Shown: positions 28,857 to 37,903 of the stretch, one piece after another | Numbering within the stretch: the first letter of the stretch is position 1 | Layout: each line of letters begins with the position of its first letter | Assembly (NCBI GenBank): GCA_009886115.1 | Contig: VFJJ01000018.1 | Location: 62,001 to 110,115 of the forward strand | DNA from: Actinomycetota bacterium | GTDB taxonomy: Bacteria; Actinomycetota; Acidimicrobiia; IMCC26256; VFJJ01 | DNA length: 48,115 bases | Reading direction: 5' to 3' | Translations under genes and position numbers: made by a program | The notes under the pieces: generated by a model | What the model saw: only the letters and a program-made list of their open reading frames with translations | The model's database searches: none | Told to the model about the DNA's origin: nothing

Positions 28857-31106
28857 TTACTTCCTCGTTCGGGGGAGGCCGAGGTGGCGCTCGGCGATGA
28901 TCCCGCGCATCACCTCGCTGGTCCCTCCGTAGACGGTAACGACGGCCGACTTGCGCCACTCCTGCTCGGCGGCGCCGGCTGCGGGGGCGTCGGGTGCGTC
29001 CTCGGTCAGCAGGCCCTCCGCTCCCACCAGGTCGAGCAGGTCGGCGGTCGCGCGCTGCATCGCCTCGGCCGAGTACAGCTTGGTCATGGCCCCCTCGACG
29101 CCCGGAGGTGCGCCCGAGGCCGCGACCCAGGTGGTACGCAGCGACAGCAGTGCCGAGACTTCGTTGTCGACGTGCACCCGGGCCAGGCGGGCGCGCACGC
29201 CGGGCGTGTCGAGCCGGCCGCTGGCGCGGGCCCACGCGACGGTGTCGCGCAGCGCCCGGGCGGCCGAGAGCGTGCCGCCCCGCTCGAAGGCCAGGGCCAC
29301 GTTCATCACCGCCCAGCCACCGTCGACGTCGCCCACCCGCCACGAGTCGGCGACCCGCACCTCGCGGTAGAAGGTGCGGTTGGTGCGCCCCGGAGCGCCG
29401 AGGGTGTGGAGGGCCTCGACGCTCACGCCGGGCGTGTCCATCGGCACCAGGAACATCGTGAGGCCCTTGTGCTTGGGCACGTCGGGGTTGGTTCGGGTGA
29501 GCAGGAACACGTACTTGGCCTCGTGGGCCATCGAGGTGAAGATCTTCTCCCCGTTGATGATCCAGTCGTCGCCGTCGCGGACGGCGGTCGTCCGGGTGGC
29601 GGCCACGTCGGACCCGGCCTCGGGCTCGGAGTAGCCCATGCACAGCAGCGCGTCACCCGAGAGCACCTCGGGGAGCACGCGCGCCTTGTGCTCGGGCGAA
29701 CCGACGACGCGCAGGGTGTTGGCGATCATCGTGCTCGTCGACAACCCGTCGGTGGGCGCGTCGGCCAGCGCGCACTCCTCGGCGAAGGCCCTGACCTCCC
29801 AAGGATCGCGGCCCTGACCGCCGTCGCCGACCGGCCACGAGATGCCGATCCACCCCTTGGCGGCGAAGGCCTTGTGCAGCTCCCAGTCGTGGACGGTCCC
29901 GGTGCTCCTGACCCGCGCCAACACGTCGTCGGTGACGTGGCGGGCGAGCAGGTCCCGGATCTCACGACGGAACGCCTCGGCGCCCGAGCCCACGGCGAAG
30001 TCGATCCCGCCGTGTTGCGATCGGCCCCCCGGTCGGGGTGCGGCCGGCGCCGCGTCGTCGTGGGAGCCATGGGAATCATGGGAATCATGGGAATCATGGG
30101 AATCATGGGAATCATGGGAATCATGGGAATCATGGGATTCATCGGACGGGCCCGAGCTGGGGTACAGGCGCTCGCCCAGCAGCTCCCATTGGGCGGCGAC
30201 ATCGCCCAGAAGCAGGGGCCAGCCCTTGGCCCGGCGGTGGTACAGCTGGATGTCGTGGTCGAGCGTGTAGCCGCGGCCCGCGTGCATCTGCATGGCCTCG
30301 CGGGTCATCGCCCGGGCGCTCTCGGTCGCGAACGCGAACGCGGCGACGGCCCAGGCGGCCGCGTCGGGCTCGCCCACGTCGGCGGCCCAGGCGGCCCGCC
30401 ACACGAGGAGCCGGGCGCCGTCGAGCGCGGTGACCCGATCGGCCAGGCGGTGCTGCAACGCCTGGAACGCCCCGATCGGGGTCCCGAACTGCTCGCGGCT
30501 CTTCACATGGGCGACGGTGAGGTCGAGCGCCCGTTGGGCCAACCCGACGAGCTGCCCGGCCGTGAGCAACCGCCAGGTGTCGACGGCGCGGGCGTGGGCG
30601 ATCACCGCGCCGGGTCCACTGCGAAGCGGGCGCGAGGCCCGGGCATCGAAGTGACGATGGTCGACCGGCGAGCAGGCGAAATTCGGCAGCGCGCGACCGG
30701 TCGGATCGCCCCGATCGACGATCAGCGCGTCGCCGTCGAGGCCCACGACGGTGTCGGCCACCGCTCCCGCGGGCACGAGCCGGGCCCGACGATCGTCGCG
30801 GAGTGGGACCAGGGCGATGGTCGCGATTCCCCGGAGGCCCGGGTCGACGCCGGTGACGGCGGCCGCGACCGTCTCGGCGTAGGGGATCGGCGCCAGTGCC
30901 GCTCCGAGCTCCTCGGCGATCAGGACCTGGTCGACGAGCGGGCGCTCCGGACGATGCAGACCGGCGGCCCGCCACCCGTCCCACAGATCGACATCGAACC
31001 CGAGGGGCTCGGCCCCCCGCACCCTGGTCGTCGGGCAGCGCTCAGCGAGGAACGCCCGGACGTCGTCCCGCCACCGGGTCTGGGTGGGCGACGGGGTGAG
31101 CTCCAT
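28857..31106 (-). CDS. Fused double acyl-CoA dehydrogenase (partner-type N-half, catalytic-type C-half) with an SHD-repeat linker
   Basis: One open frame containing 'REQFGTPIGAFQALQH' and then 'MGYSEPEAGSD...ALAFERG...VYGGTSEV'. Confidence 0.9.
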   Translation of the reverse strand: MELTPSPTQTRWRDDVRAFLAERCPTTRVRGAEPLGFDVDLWDGWRAAGLHRPERPLVDQVLIAEELGAALAPIPYAETVAAAVTGVDPGLRGIATIALVPLRDDRRARLVPAGAVADTVVGLDGDALIVDRGDPTGRALPNFACSPVDHRHFDARASRPLRSGPGAVIAHARAVDTWRLLTAGQLVGLAQRALDLTVAHVKSREQFGTPIGAFQALQHRLADRVTALDGARLLVWRAAWAADVGEPDAAAWAVAAFAFATESARAMTREAMQMHAGRGYTLDHDIQLYHRRAKGWPLLLGDVAAQWELLGERLYPSSGPSDESHDSHDSHDSHDSHDSHDSHDSHGSHDDAAPAAPRPGGRSQHGGIDFAVGSGAEAFRREIRDLLARHVTDDVLARVRSTGTVHDWELHKAFAAKGWIGISWPVGDGGQGRDPWEVRAFAEECALADAPTDGLSTSTMIANTLRVVGSPEHKARVLPEVLSGDALLCMGYSEPEAGSDVAATRTTAVRDGDDWIINGEKIFTSMAHEAKYVFLLTRTNPDVPKHKGLTMFLVPMDTPGVSVEALHTLGAPGRTNRTFYREVRVADSWRVGDVDGGWAVMNVALAFERGGTLSAARALRDTVAWARASGRLDTPGVRARLARVHVDNEVSALLSLRTTWVAASGAPPGVEGAMTKLYSAEAMQRATADLLDLVGAEGLLTEDAPDAPAAGAAEQEWRKSAVVTVYGGTSEVMRGIIAERHLGLPRTRK
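30068..30139. repeat. (CATGGGAAT) x7 plus 1 variant; in-frame VNTR encoding (SHD)n
   Basis: Read directly. Confidence 0.95.
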
Positions 31107-31210
31107 GACCGCGCACCCTACCGGCGGACGAGTCCGGCCGGCCCGCCGCTGGGCGGCCGCGGCGAACGTGTCCTCGCGCGGCCCGCCGGGAGAAGCGCCG
31201 CGACGAGGAA

Positions 31211-31248
31211 CGGCCCGCGGAGGAAGGCATCCCTTCCCCCACGGGCCG
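31211..31248. terminator. GC-rich hairpin downstream of the RTX-repeat gene; possible terminator
   Basis: cggcccg..ggaagg catc ccttcc..cgggccg. Confidence 0.45.
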
Positions 31249-31276
31249 GCTTTCCCCGCGTGACCGTTCTGACCTG

Positions 31277-31356
31277 GTGCATCCCCGCAAACAGTGCATC
31301 CCCGCAAACAGCTCAGCAGCTCAGCAGCTCGACAGCTCGACAGCTCAGCAGCTCGA
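31277..31356. repeat. Composite repeat: GTGCATCCCCGCAAACA x2, then CAGCTC(AG/GA) x6
   Basis: Read directly; the last units overlap the stop codon at 31345. Confidence 0.88.
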
Positions 31357-32844
31357 CATGCGGATCTCGCCGCTCGCACAGGTGTCCACGCCGCGCCCGC
31401 CGCGGATGGTGTCGCGCCCGCCACCGCCGTCGATCTGGTCGTTGCCATCGTCGCCCTCGAGGGTGTCGTTCCCCTCACCGCCGCAGATGACGTCGTTGCC
31501 GTCGCGTCCGACGATCGTGTCGGCACCATCGAGCCCGTGGATGATGTCTCGACCGTTGGTGCCCCGGATGGTGTCGTTACCGGGGGTCCCCACGATCGTG
31601 GGGGTGAGCCCGGCGCAGGTCGCGACGACCGTGAACGGGCACTGGCCCGATGCAGCGTTTCCGGCCTGGTCGGCCCCGACGAAGAGAGCGTGGAAGCGCC
31701 CCGGTGCCGAGGTCGTGACAGCCACCGCGAGCGTGGGGTTGGCCGGACCGGACATGGCGTCGGTCACCGTTGCGATGACCTGAGCGCCGATCGAGTCGAG
31801 CGCGAAGGCGGGTGCGGCGGCGCAGGCGACGGCGGGGACCGTGGCGTCACGCTTGACGACCACCGAACGGGTCGATGCTCCCGGCACGCCCTCGGAGCTG
31901 GCCGTGCACGTCATGGTGACGGCGTCGGTGTCGGCGGCGAAACTCGTGGGATAGCAGCCGTCGGTCGAGGCCAGAGGCGATTGGTCATCGGTGACGTCCC
32001 AGACGACGTTCACGTTGGAGGTGTACCAGCCGTTCGAACCGAGCGAGCCGTTCACCGTGACCCTGATCACCGGTGGGCTCTCGTCACCCACGACCTCGGG
32101 CAGCGGCGCCGTCGTCGTGGTCGTGGTCTCGTCGGTCGGCGCCGTCGTCGTGGTCGTGGCGTCGGCGACGGTCGTGCTGGTGTCGTCGGGGACGGTCGTG
32201 GTGGTCTCGGGCGGCGGAGCCGGAAGCGCTGTGGTCGTGGTCTCGGCGCCAGTCGTGGTCGTGGCGGCGGCCGTGGGTGCGGGCGGAGGTGAACCGATGC
32301 GCCAGAGGAACACGCCGCGGGTGCGGTCTGCGCCGTCGGCTCCGGCACCAAGGCCGATCGAGCCGCCGAAGATGGGGTACTGGAACGAGGCGCCACCGGC
32401 GATGGGTAACCCGGCTCCGTCCGTCGACGCCGTCCAGCCGTAGGTCGACTCCTGGTACAGGTACGTGAGCGACAGGTACGAGGTCCAGCGCATCTCGCTA
32501 AGGAAGCCGGCCGCTGCGCCGAACTGGTCGGGCCCCGACAGGTACGGGTTCGCGGTGCTGAGCAGCGGCTGGTGGTCGTCGAGGAGGCTCAGCACCTGGT
32601 CGCTCGTCGCCCACACCCAACCCGTGAGATCGATGCCCCCGATCGACCCCGCACACGGTGTCGCACCGTCCTGGGGGCACACTGCGGCGACCTGGGCCCA
32701 CGTGAGGCCTGTCGTCTCGTAGAGCTCACGCCACTGGGTCTCGCCTCGGACGGGCGCGGCACCGATCCCGACGATGCCCACGAGGCCCAGTGCGAACACG
32801 CACGAGACCACCAGACCAATGATCCAGACCTTCATGTTCTTCAT
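31345..32844 (-). CDS. Secreted protein with a Thr-rich linker, Ig-like segments and C-terminal RTX/hemolysin-type Ca-binding repeats
   Basis: Signal peptide 'MKVWIIGLVVSCVFALG', poly-Thr linker, GGxGxD-type repeats 'GGEGNDTLEGDDGNDQIDGGGGRD'. Confidence 0.85.
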   Translation of the reverse strand: MKNMKVWIIGLVVSCVFALGLVGIVGIGAAPVRGETQWRELYETTGLTWAQVAAVCPQDGATPCAGSIGGIDLTGWVWATSDQVLSLLDDHQPLLSTANPYLSGPDQFGAAAGFLSEMRWTSYLSLTYLYQESTYGWTASTDGAGLPIAGGASFQYPIFGGSIGLGAGADGADRTRGVFLWRIGSPPPAPTAAATTTTGAETTTTALPAPPPETTTTVPDDTSTTVADATTTTTAPTDETTTTTTAPLPEVVGDESPPVIRVTVNGSLGSNGWYTSNVNVVWDVTDDQSPLASTDGCYPTSFAADTDAVTMTCTASSEGVPGASTRSVVVKRDATVPAVACAAAPAFALDSIGAQVIATVTDAMSGPANPTLAVAVTTSAPGRFHALFVGADQAGNAASGQCPFTVVATCAGLTPTIVGTPGNDTIRGTNGRDIIHGLDGADTIVGRDGNDVICGGEGNDTLEGDDGNDQIDGGGGRDTIRGGRGVDTCASGEIRMSSC

Positions 32845-33222
32845 CGAGCCCCATCCGATCGGATTGCTGCCGGTGCTCTCCAGCTGTCCCAACACGCCGA
32901 CGAGCCGGCGGGGGTTTGGTTAAGTCTCCGGTAATCTCACGCTACGTGTGCGAACCAGCGCTCGCGACGCCGGACTGCCTCCCTGAGCTGCGCTCAGATG
33001 CGCCGGGCCAGGGCGGATGCCAGCATAAGCCGATCCGCCGTCGAACATCGGCCCGATCCCGATGCCCGCACGCCCCCTGAAGGGGCTCGAGTGGCGGAAG
33101 CCGACGCCGGACGCTGCACATTTCTGGAGCGGCTTGTGGACCCGCTTCGAGGGCTGATAGCCACGAGTGTCCGCTGGCGAGCACCGTCGTGGCGGCGGGT
33201 CGACCAGCGCGAGGGGCGAGAG

Positions 33223-33948
33223 ATGGCGCAGTACGTGCCGGCCATGGAGTGGAGCGATCGGGCGCTCGTGGCCCGTCAGTTCATCTTCGACTTCTGGGCC
33301 GAGCACGGTCGGGGCCCCAACCTGCGCCAGGCCCACGAGGGGACGGGCCTCTCGCGACGCGATCTCGTCCAGGCCTACAAGGAGCTCCAGACCGGCATCG
33401 TGATGGTCGTCGACCAGGACTCGCCCAACTGCGACATCCTGAAGATCCCGCCCTACTCGGCGTTCCCGAGCCAGGTCGAGATGTACGTCGACGACCGTTT
33501 CCACAGCTTCATCGGCTGCGCGCACGAGGCCGTCGCCGTGTCGAACATGCCGAGCTGGTTGGGCAAGGAGGTGCGCCTCGAGTCGTACTGCGCGTGCTGC
33601 CTGGCCCCCATCACGTTCTGGTCGCAGAGCTTCACGATCACCAAGATGGTGCCCGACCAGCCGCTCGTCCACTGCGCGACGCCCGTCTGGGACTGGGTCC
33701 ACGACGACATGAAGTCGATGTGCGACAACGTGAACCTGGTGATCGACCTCGATCACGCGGCCGAATACGAGCGCCAGATCGGCAGGCGGGGCATCGTCTT
33801 CACGATGCAGCAGGTACGCGACTACGTCGAGCCGGCCATCGGCGTCAGGGGTTGGGACTACCACTGGCCGAGCCAGTCGATGAACCCGGAGCGCATCGTC
33901 GACCGGCTCAAGACCGTCGGAGTCGACGTTTCCCCGTGGGGGCTCTGA
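33223..33948 (+). CDS. MerB (organomercurial lyase)-like protein
   Basis: N-terminal HTH-like region, 'PPYSAFPS', 'CAHEA' (cf. CALD), 'ESYCACCLAPI', 'MCDNVN'. Confidence 0.72.
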   Translation: MAQYVPAMEWSDRALVARQFIFDFWAEHGRGPNLRQAHEGTGLSRRDLVQAYKELQTGIVMVVDQDSPNCDILKIPPYSAFPSQVEMYVDDRFHSFIGCAHEAVAVSNMPSWLGKEVRLESYCACCLAPITFWSQSFTITKMVPDQPLVHCATPVWDWVHDDMKSMCDNVNLVIDLDHAAEYERQIGRRGIVFTMQQVRDYVEPAIGVRGWDYHWPSQSMNPERIVDRLKTVGVDVSPWGL

Positions 33949-33949
33949 G

Positions 33950-34468
33950 ATGGCCGGCGGGGCGGCCGGGGCGGCCGGGGCGGCCGGGGCGGCCGGGGCC
34001 GGCGGGGCCGGCGGGCTGAGCGACGGCGAGCTCGTCGAGCGGTTCTCGCACGTCACCGTCGACCGCGACACGGCCGCGTTCTACCGGGGCTGGCTCCACC
34101 ACGAGCTGCTTCTGAACTACTGCGACGACTGCGGGCACTGGGCCCATCCCCCACGGCCCATGTGCCCGGCCTGCTGGTCGACGAAGGTCACGGCCCGGCC
34201 GGTGAGCGGACGGGGCACGGTGCACCTGCTCATGCTGTTGCACCAAGGGCCCGCCGCTCCCGACGTCGACTACCTGGCCGGCCCCTACCCCGTCGTCACC
34301 GTCGAGCTCGACGAGCAGGTGGGCCTGCGGTTCACGAGCACCGTCACCGGATGCCCGGCGGCCGAGATCGCCATCGGGATGCCCGTCGAGCTCCACTGGA
34401 TCGACCGCCACGGCGCCCCCTTCCCGGTGTTCCGCCCGATCCCGGAGCCAGGAGTGACGCCGTCATGA
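33950..34468 (+). CDS. DUF35 Zn-ribbon/OB-fold protein
   Basis: 'CDDCGH...PPRPMCPAC', 'GRGTV', 'PYPVVTVELDE', 'IGMPVEL'; N-terminal Ala/Gly 9-bp repeat (33959-33994). Confidence 0.92.
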   Translation: MAGGAAGAAGAAGAAGAGGAGGLSDGELVERFSHVTVDRDTAAFYRGWLHHELLLNYCDDCGHWAHPPRPMCPACWSTKVTARPVSGRGTVHLLMLLHQGPAAPDVDYLAGPYPVVTVELDEQVGLRFTSTVTGCPAAEIAIGMPVELHWIDRHGAPFPVFRPIPEPGVTPS

Positions 34469-35649
34469 GCACCAAGGGCACGAGGTACCCGATCAAGGAC
34501 CAGGTCGCGATCGTCGGGATCGGCTCCACCGGGTTCAGTCGCCGGGGCGATCGGTCGTCGCAGGCCATGGCGCTCGATGCGTCCGTCGCGGCGATCCGCG
34601 ACGCCGGGCTCACCCGCGACGACATCGACGGCATCGTGGCCACCGGCGAACCCGGTGCTGTCGGTGCGCACCAGCTCGCCTCGGGGTTGGGCATCGCGGA
34701 GCTCACCCATCACTCGAAGCCGGCGCCGGTGGTGATGTTCTCGATCCTCGATGCCATGCACGCCGTGTTCTCGGGGCTGTGCGAGAACGTGCTCGTGTGC
34801 TCGTCGATGCTGCGCCTGCCCTGGTCGTCCCAGAGTGCAGCGAACGACCCGTTCCGCAGGCACTTGCGCTCCGGGGTCACGGCCATGCCCGAGACCGTCG
34901 CCAACGCGCCGGCCTACGCCGCGTGGGCCGGCCGCTATCTCCACGAGCACGGCGTGAGCCGGGAGGCCTTCGCCCGGGTGGCTGTCAACTGCCGAACGAA
35001 CGCCTTCGACAACCCGTTGGCCGCCATGCGGTCGCCGATGACGTTCGGCGACTACCACGCGGCCCGCATGATCCGCGAGCCGCTGTGCATGCTCGACATG
35101 GACCTCCCCGTCGATGGCGCCGACGCCTTCGTGCTCACGACGGCCGAGCGAGCCCGCACCCTGGCGCACCCTCCTGTGCTCATCCACGTAGCCACCTCGG
35201 GGCTCGTGGGCCCCAACGACGAGGACCAGCTCGGGAGCCTGGCCCAGCACGGTCAGCACGTCGTCGTGAAGTCGCTCAAGGCTCGCAGCGACATCTGGCT
35301 CGACGACGTCGACGTGTACCTGCCCTACGACGGGTTCACGATCATCACCGTCGGCTGGATCGAGAACACCGGCTGGTGCCCGCCAGGGGAGGCCGGGCGT
35401 TTCCTCGCCGAGCACTGGGTCGGCGACGGCGACGCCGGACGGGTGCTCATCAACGGGCGCATCCCCATGAACCCCCATGGTGGGTCGCTCTCGGAGGGCG
35501 GCACCCGCGGGACGGGACACGTGCGCGAAGCCGTGGTGCAGCTCAGGGGCGACGCCGGCGTACGGCAGGTACCGGGCGCCCGTACCGCGCTGATCACGTC
35601 GGGCGGGTTCTTCTTCAACTCCCAGGGCGCGATCCTGCGCCGGGCTTGA
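34465..35649 (+). CDS. Thiolase-like (SCP-x/Ltp2-type) protein without the thiolase catalytic Cys
   Basis: 'VAIVGIG', 'NPLAAMR', 'YDGFT', 'NPHGGSLSEG', 'EAVVQLRG'; ATGA overlap with DUF35. Confidence 0.9.
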   Translation: MSTKGTRYPIKDQVAIVGIGSTGFSRRGDRSSQAMALDASVAAIRDAGLTRDDIDGIVATGEPGAVGAHQLASGLGIAELTHHSKPAPVVMFSILDAMHAVFSGLCENVLVCSSMLRLPWSSQSAANDPFRRHLRSGVTAMPETVANAPAYAAWAGRYLHEHGVSREAFARVAVNCRTNAFDNPLAAMRSPMTFGDYHAARMIREPLCMLDMDLPVDGADAFVLTTAERARTLAHPPVLIHVATSGLVGPNDEDQLGSLAQHGQHVVVKSLKARSDIWLDDVDVYLPYDGFTIITVGWIENTGWCPPGEAGRFLAEHWVGDGDAGRVLINGRIPMNPHGGSLSEGGTRGTGHVREAVVQLRGDAGVRQVPGARTALITSGGFFFNSQGAILRRA

Positions 35650-35738
35650 CGATCGCAGCGACAGGCCGGCCTGGGCCCGGGTGACGTAGCGTGGCCGGGG
35701 CATCGGGAGCGGACCGGTGCGAGCGAGAGGTGATCGAC

Positions 35739-36902
35739 ATGGGTCGCACGTACAACGTGATCTCGGGTGACGGGCACGTCGAGACACCGCCCGACGGCTG
35801 GCGCGAGTACGTCCCCGAGAAGTGGCGCGATCGGGCGCCCAAGCTCATCCGCCTCCCGAACGGGGCCGACGGGTGGCTCGTCGAGGGCCAGCCCATGCTG
35901 CACAACGGCCAGAACATCAAGGGCCGGGGCCCGGTCAAGTTCGCCAACGCCAGCTACTTCCACGAGGACGGCTCGCTGCGCGAGGGCGCCGGCGGAGGTC
36001 TCCAACGCCTCCAGGAGCAAGACCTCGACGGCATCGACGCCGAGGTGCTGTTCGCCCCGGTCTTCGTCGCCCGCTTCATCGAGTCGATCGGCGACAAGGA
36101 CGTGTACCTGTCGATCGTCCAGGCCTACAACACCTGGCTGGCCGAGCAGTACACGGCGGTGGCTCCCGACCGCCTGCTCGCCAATGCGCTCATCCCGATC
36201 TGCGGTCTCGACGCGGCTGTGGGCGAGCTCCACCGGGCCAAGGCGCTGGGCTTGCGCACCGTGCAGCTCCAGCAGTTCCCGAACGGCTCGGGGGCGCCCA
36301 AGCCCGAGGACGATCTCTTCTGGGAGACGGCCATGGAGCTGGGGCTGGCGCTCTCTCCCCACCTCAACTTCGGCGGGGTGGTCTGGCGGGGCGATCCCCG
36401 TTCCGACACGTCGCAGTGGTCGGCCGAGGCGGCCATGTCGCAGCACGCTCCCATGGCACCTGGCGCGACGCTGGCCCAGATGATCGTGACGGGCGTGTTC
36501 GACCGGTTCCCCGAGATGCAGCTCTACTTCGCCGAGCTGAACTGCTGTTACATGCCGGGGATGTTGTTCTACCTCGACCGCAACTACCACGAGTTCAACG
36601 ACTGGTTCCAAGTGACGTTGAAGAAGAACCCGTCGGAGTACGTGCTCGAGCACGTGCTGTTCGGGATGGTCGGCGATGCTCCCATCCTCAAGATGGGCAA
36701 CGTGTTCCCGCTCGACCGGCTGATCTGGGGCAGCGACTTCCCCCATTCGGTGGGCACGTTCCCCAACTCGCAGAAGTACATCGCCGACACCTTCGCCGAC
36801 ATCGACGACGCGCTGCGTCAGAAGATCCTCCGCGACAACATCTGCGGCCACCTCGGCCTCGACCCGTTGGCCGAGATCACCGAGACCCCGGTGGCCTCGT
36901 AG
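35739..36902 (+). CDS. Amidohydrolase_2 family protein
   Basis: 'ISGDGHVE', 'LSPHLNF', 'FAELN', 'WGSDFPHS'. Confidence 0.92.
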   Translation: MGRTYNVISGDGHVETPPDGWREYVPEKWRDRAPKLIRLPNGADGWLVEGQPMLHNGQNIKGRGPVKFANASYFHEDGSLREGAGGGLQRLQEQDLDGIDAEVLFAPVFVARFIESIGDKDVYLSIVQAYNTWLAEQYTAVAPDRLLANALIPICGLDAAVGELHRAKALGLRTVQLQQFPNGSGAPKPEDDLFWETAMELGLALSPHLNFGGVVWRGDPRSDTSQWSAEAAMSQHAPMAPGATLAQMIVTGVFDRFPEMQLYFAELNCCYMPGMLFYLDRNYHEFNDWFQVTLKKNPSEYVLEHVLFGMVGDAPILKMGNVFPLDRLIWGSDFPHSVGTFPNSQKYIADTFADIDDALRQKILRDNICGHLGLDPLAEITETPVAS

Positions 36903-36915
36903 GGGGGCCGGGGTC

Positions 36916-37695
36916 TCAGGTCGGCGGGTTGGGCTCTCCTGGGTTCAGCCAGTCGTCGAGGGATGCGTCCTCCCAGTCGGGTGGGCCGTAGACCGTCCGG
37001 GGCAACGGGGTCATGAGGTGGGTCTCGCCACCGGTGACCCACTCGGCGCTGCGCCGCTCCCACGCTGGCAGGCGCTCGTCGGCGTCGCCCTCGTCGCAGA
37101 GGCCCCGGGCCGTGTCGCGGTTCTGGCGCAGGCGAACCTGGGAGGCGATGTCGGTGGCCCAGACCATCACCACCTCGTGCTGGTTCGAGGTCACCTCGTA
37201 CAGCCCGGTCGCCTCGTGGCCGTATTCCTGCATGAGCGGGAGTCGTTCCTTGACCACCGCGGCCAGGAAGTCGAGTTGGCTGCCCGGCCGGACGGTGAGC
37301 ACCTCGTGCACGAAGATCGTCCCGCGTATTCCCCGGGCGGCGATCTCCTCGGTCGTGGGCGAGCCGGGCACGCCACCGCAGAGGCGGTCGAAGCCACCCG
37401 AGCGCCATTTCGCCGCCTCGTCCCACCAGTCGCCGTAGAACGCCTTGCGCCGCTTGAGGTTCATCCGGTCGACGTTCGACGCCCACCCCTTCCAGCCCTT
37501 GGAACCAATGTCCCAGATGTTGATCACCTGGGGCCAGCGGCCTCCGCCGGCGGCGCAGACGTAGAACGAACCCTGAAGCCCGAACATCTCGGGCATGCGC
37601 AGTACCGGGTCTTTCCACAGGTGCTCCATGTACGAGTACTGCCCCTGGCCGATCACATCGACCGTCTCGTGCAGGTAGAGGTTTCGCGTGGCCAC
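36916..37695 (-). CDS. NIPSNAP-like (tandem dimeric alpha-beta barrel) protein
   Basis: Two repeats, 'LYLHETVDV' and 'IFVHEVLTV'; 'RWPQVINIWD'. Confidence 0.7.
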   Translation of the reverse strand: MATRNLYLHETVDVIGQGQYSYMEHLWKDPVLRMPEMFGLQGSFYVCAAGGGRWPQVINIWDIGSKGWKGWASNVDRMNLKRRKAFYGDWWDEAAKWRSGGFDRLCGGVPGSPTTEEIAARGIRGTIFVHEVLTVRPGSQLDFLAAVVKERLPLMQEYGHEATGLYEVTSNQHEVVMVWATDIASQVRLRQNRDTARGLCDEGDADERLPAWERRSAEWVTGGETHLMTPLPRTVYGPPDWEDASLDDWLNPGEPNPPT

Positions 37696-37860
37696 GGCGG
37701 CCCCCTGGTCTCGTGCGGGTGTCGTGCCGTTCTACCGTGTCCGCGGTGGCGCGTGCCGGATGATCCGCACGAGCGGGGCCGACACTCAAACCTCGTTCTC
37801 ACCTTGTCGCGACGGGGTTCTCAACCGGGGGGTGCATCGTGGCCGTCATCAGCACCACAT

Positions 37861-37885
37861 CCCCACCCCACCCCCACCCCACCCC
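37861..37885. repeat. (CCCCA)n tract directly 5' of an RBS; G-quadruplex-capable on minus strand
   Basis: ccccaccccacccccaccccacccc before AAGGAG. Confidence 0.8.
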
Positions 37886-37903
37886 GTCCCAAGGAGCACC
37901 ATC

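Noticed and set aside
31277..31310. GTGCATCCCCGC resembles the 5' end of a type I-E CRISPR repeat
   Set aside because: Only two adjacent 17-bp copies, with no spacer, no palindromic partner arm and no cas genes
28857..31529. 890-aa ORF starting at 31529
   Set aside because: The first ~140 aa are read-through of repeats and the neighbouring gene; ACAD similarity starts at 31106
33223..33948. Mercury-resistance operon
   Set aside because: No merA, merR or transporter genes nearby, and the catalytic Asp position differs
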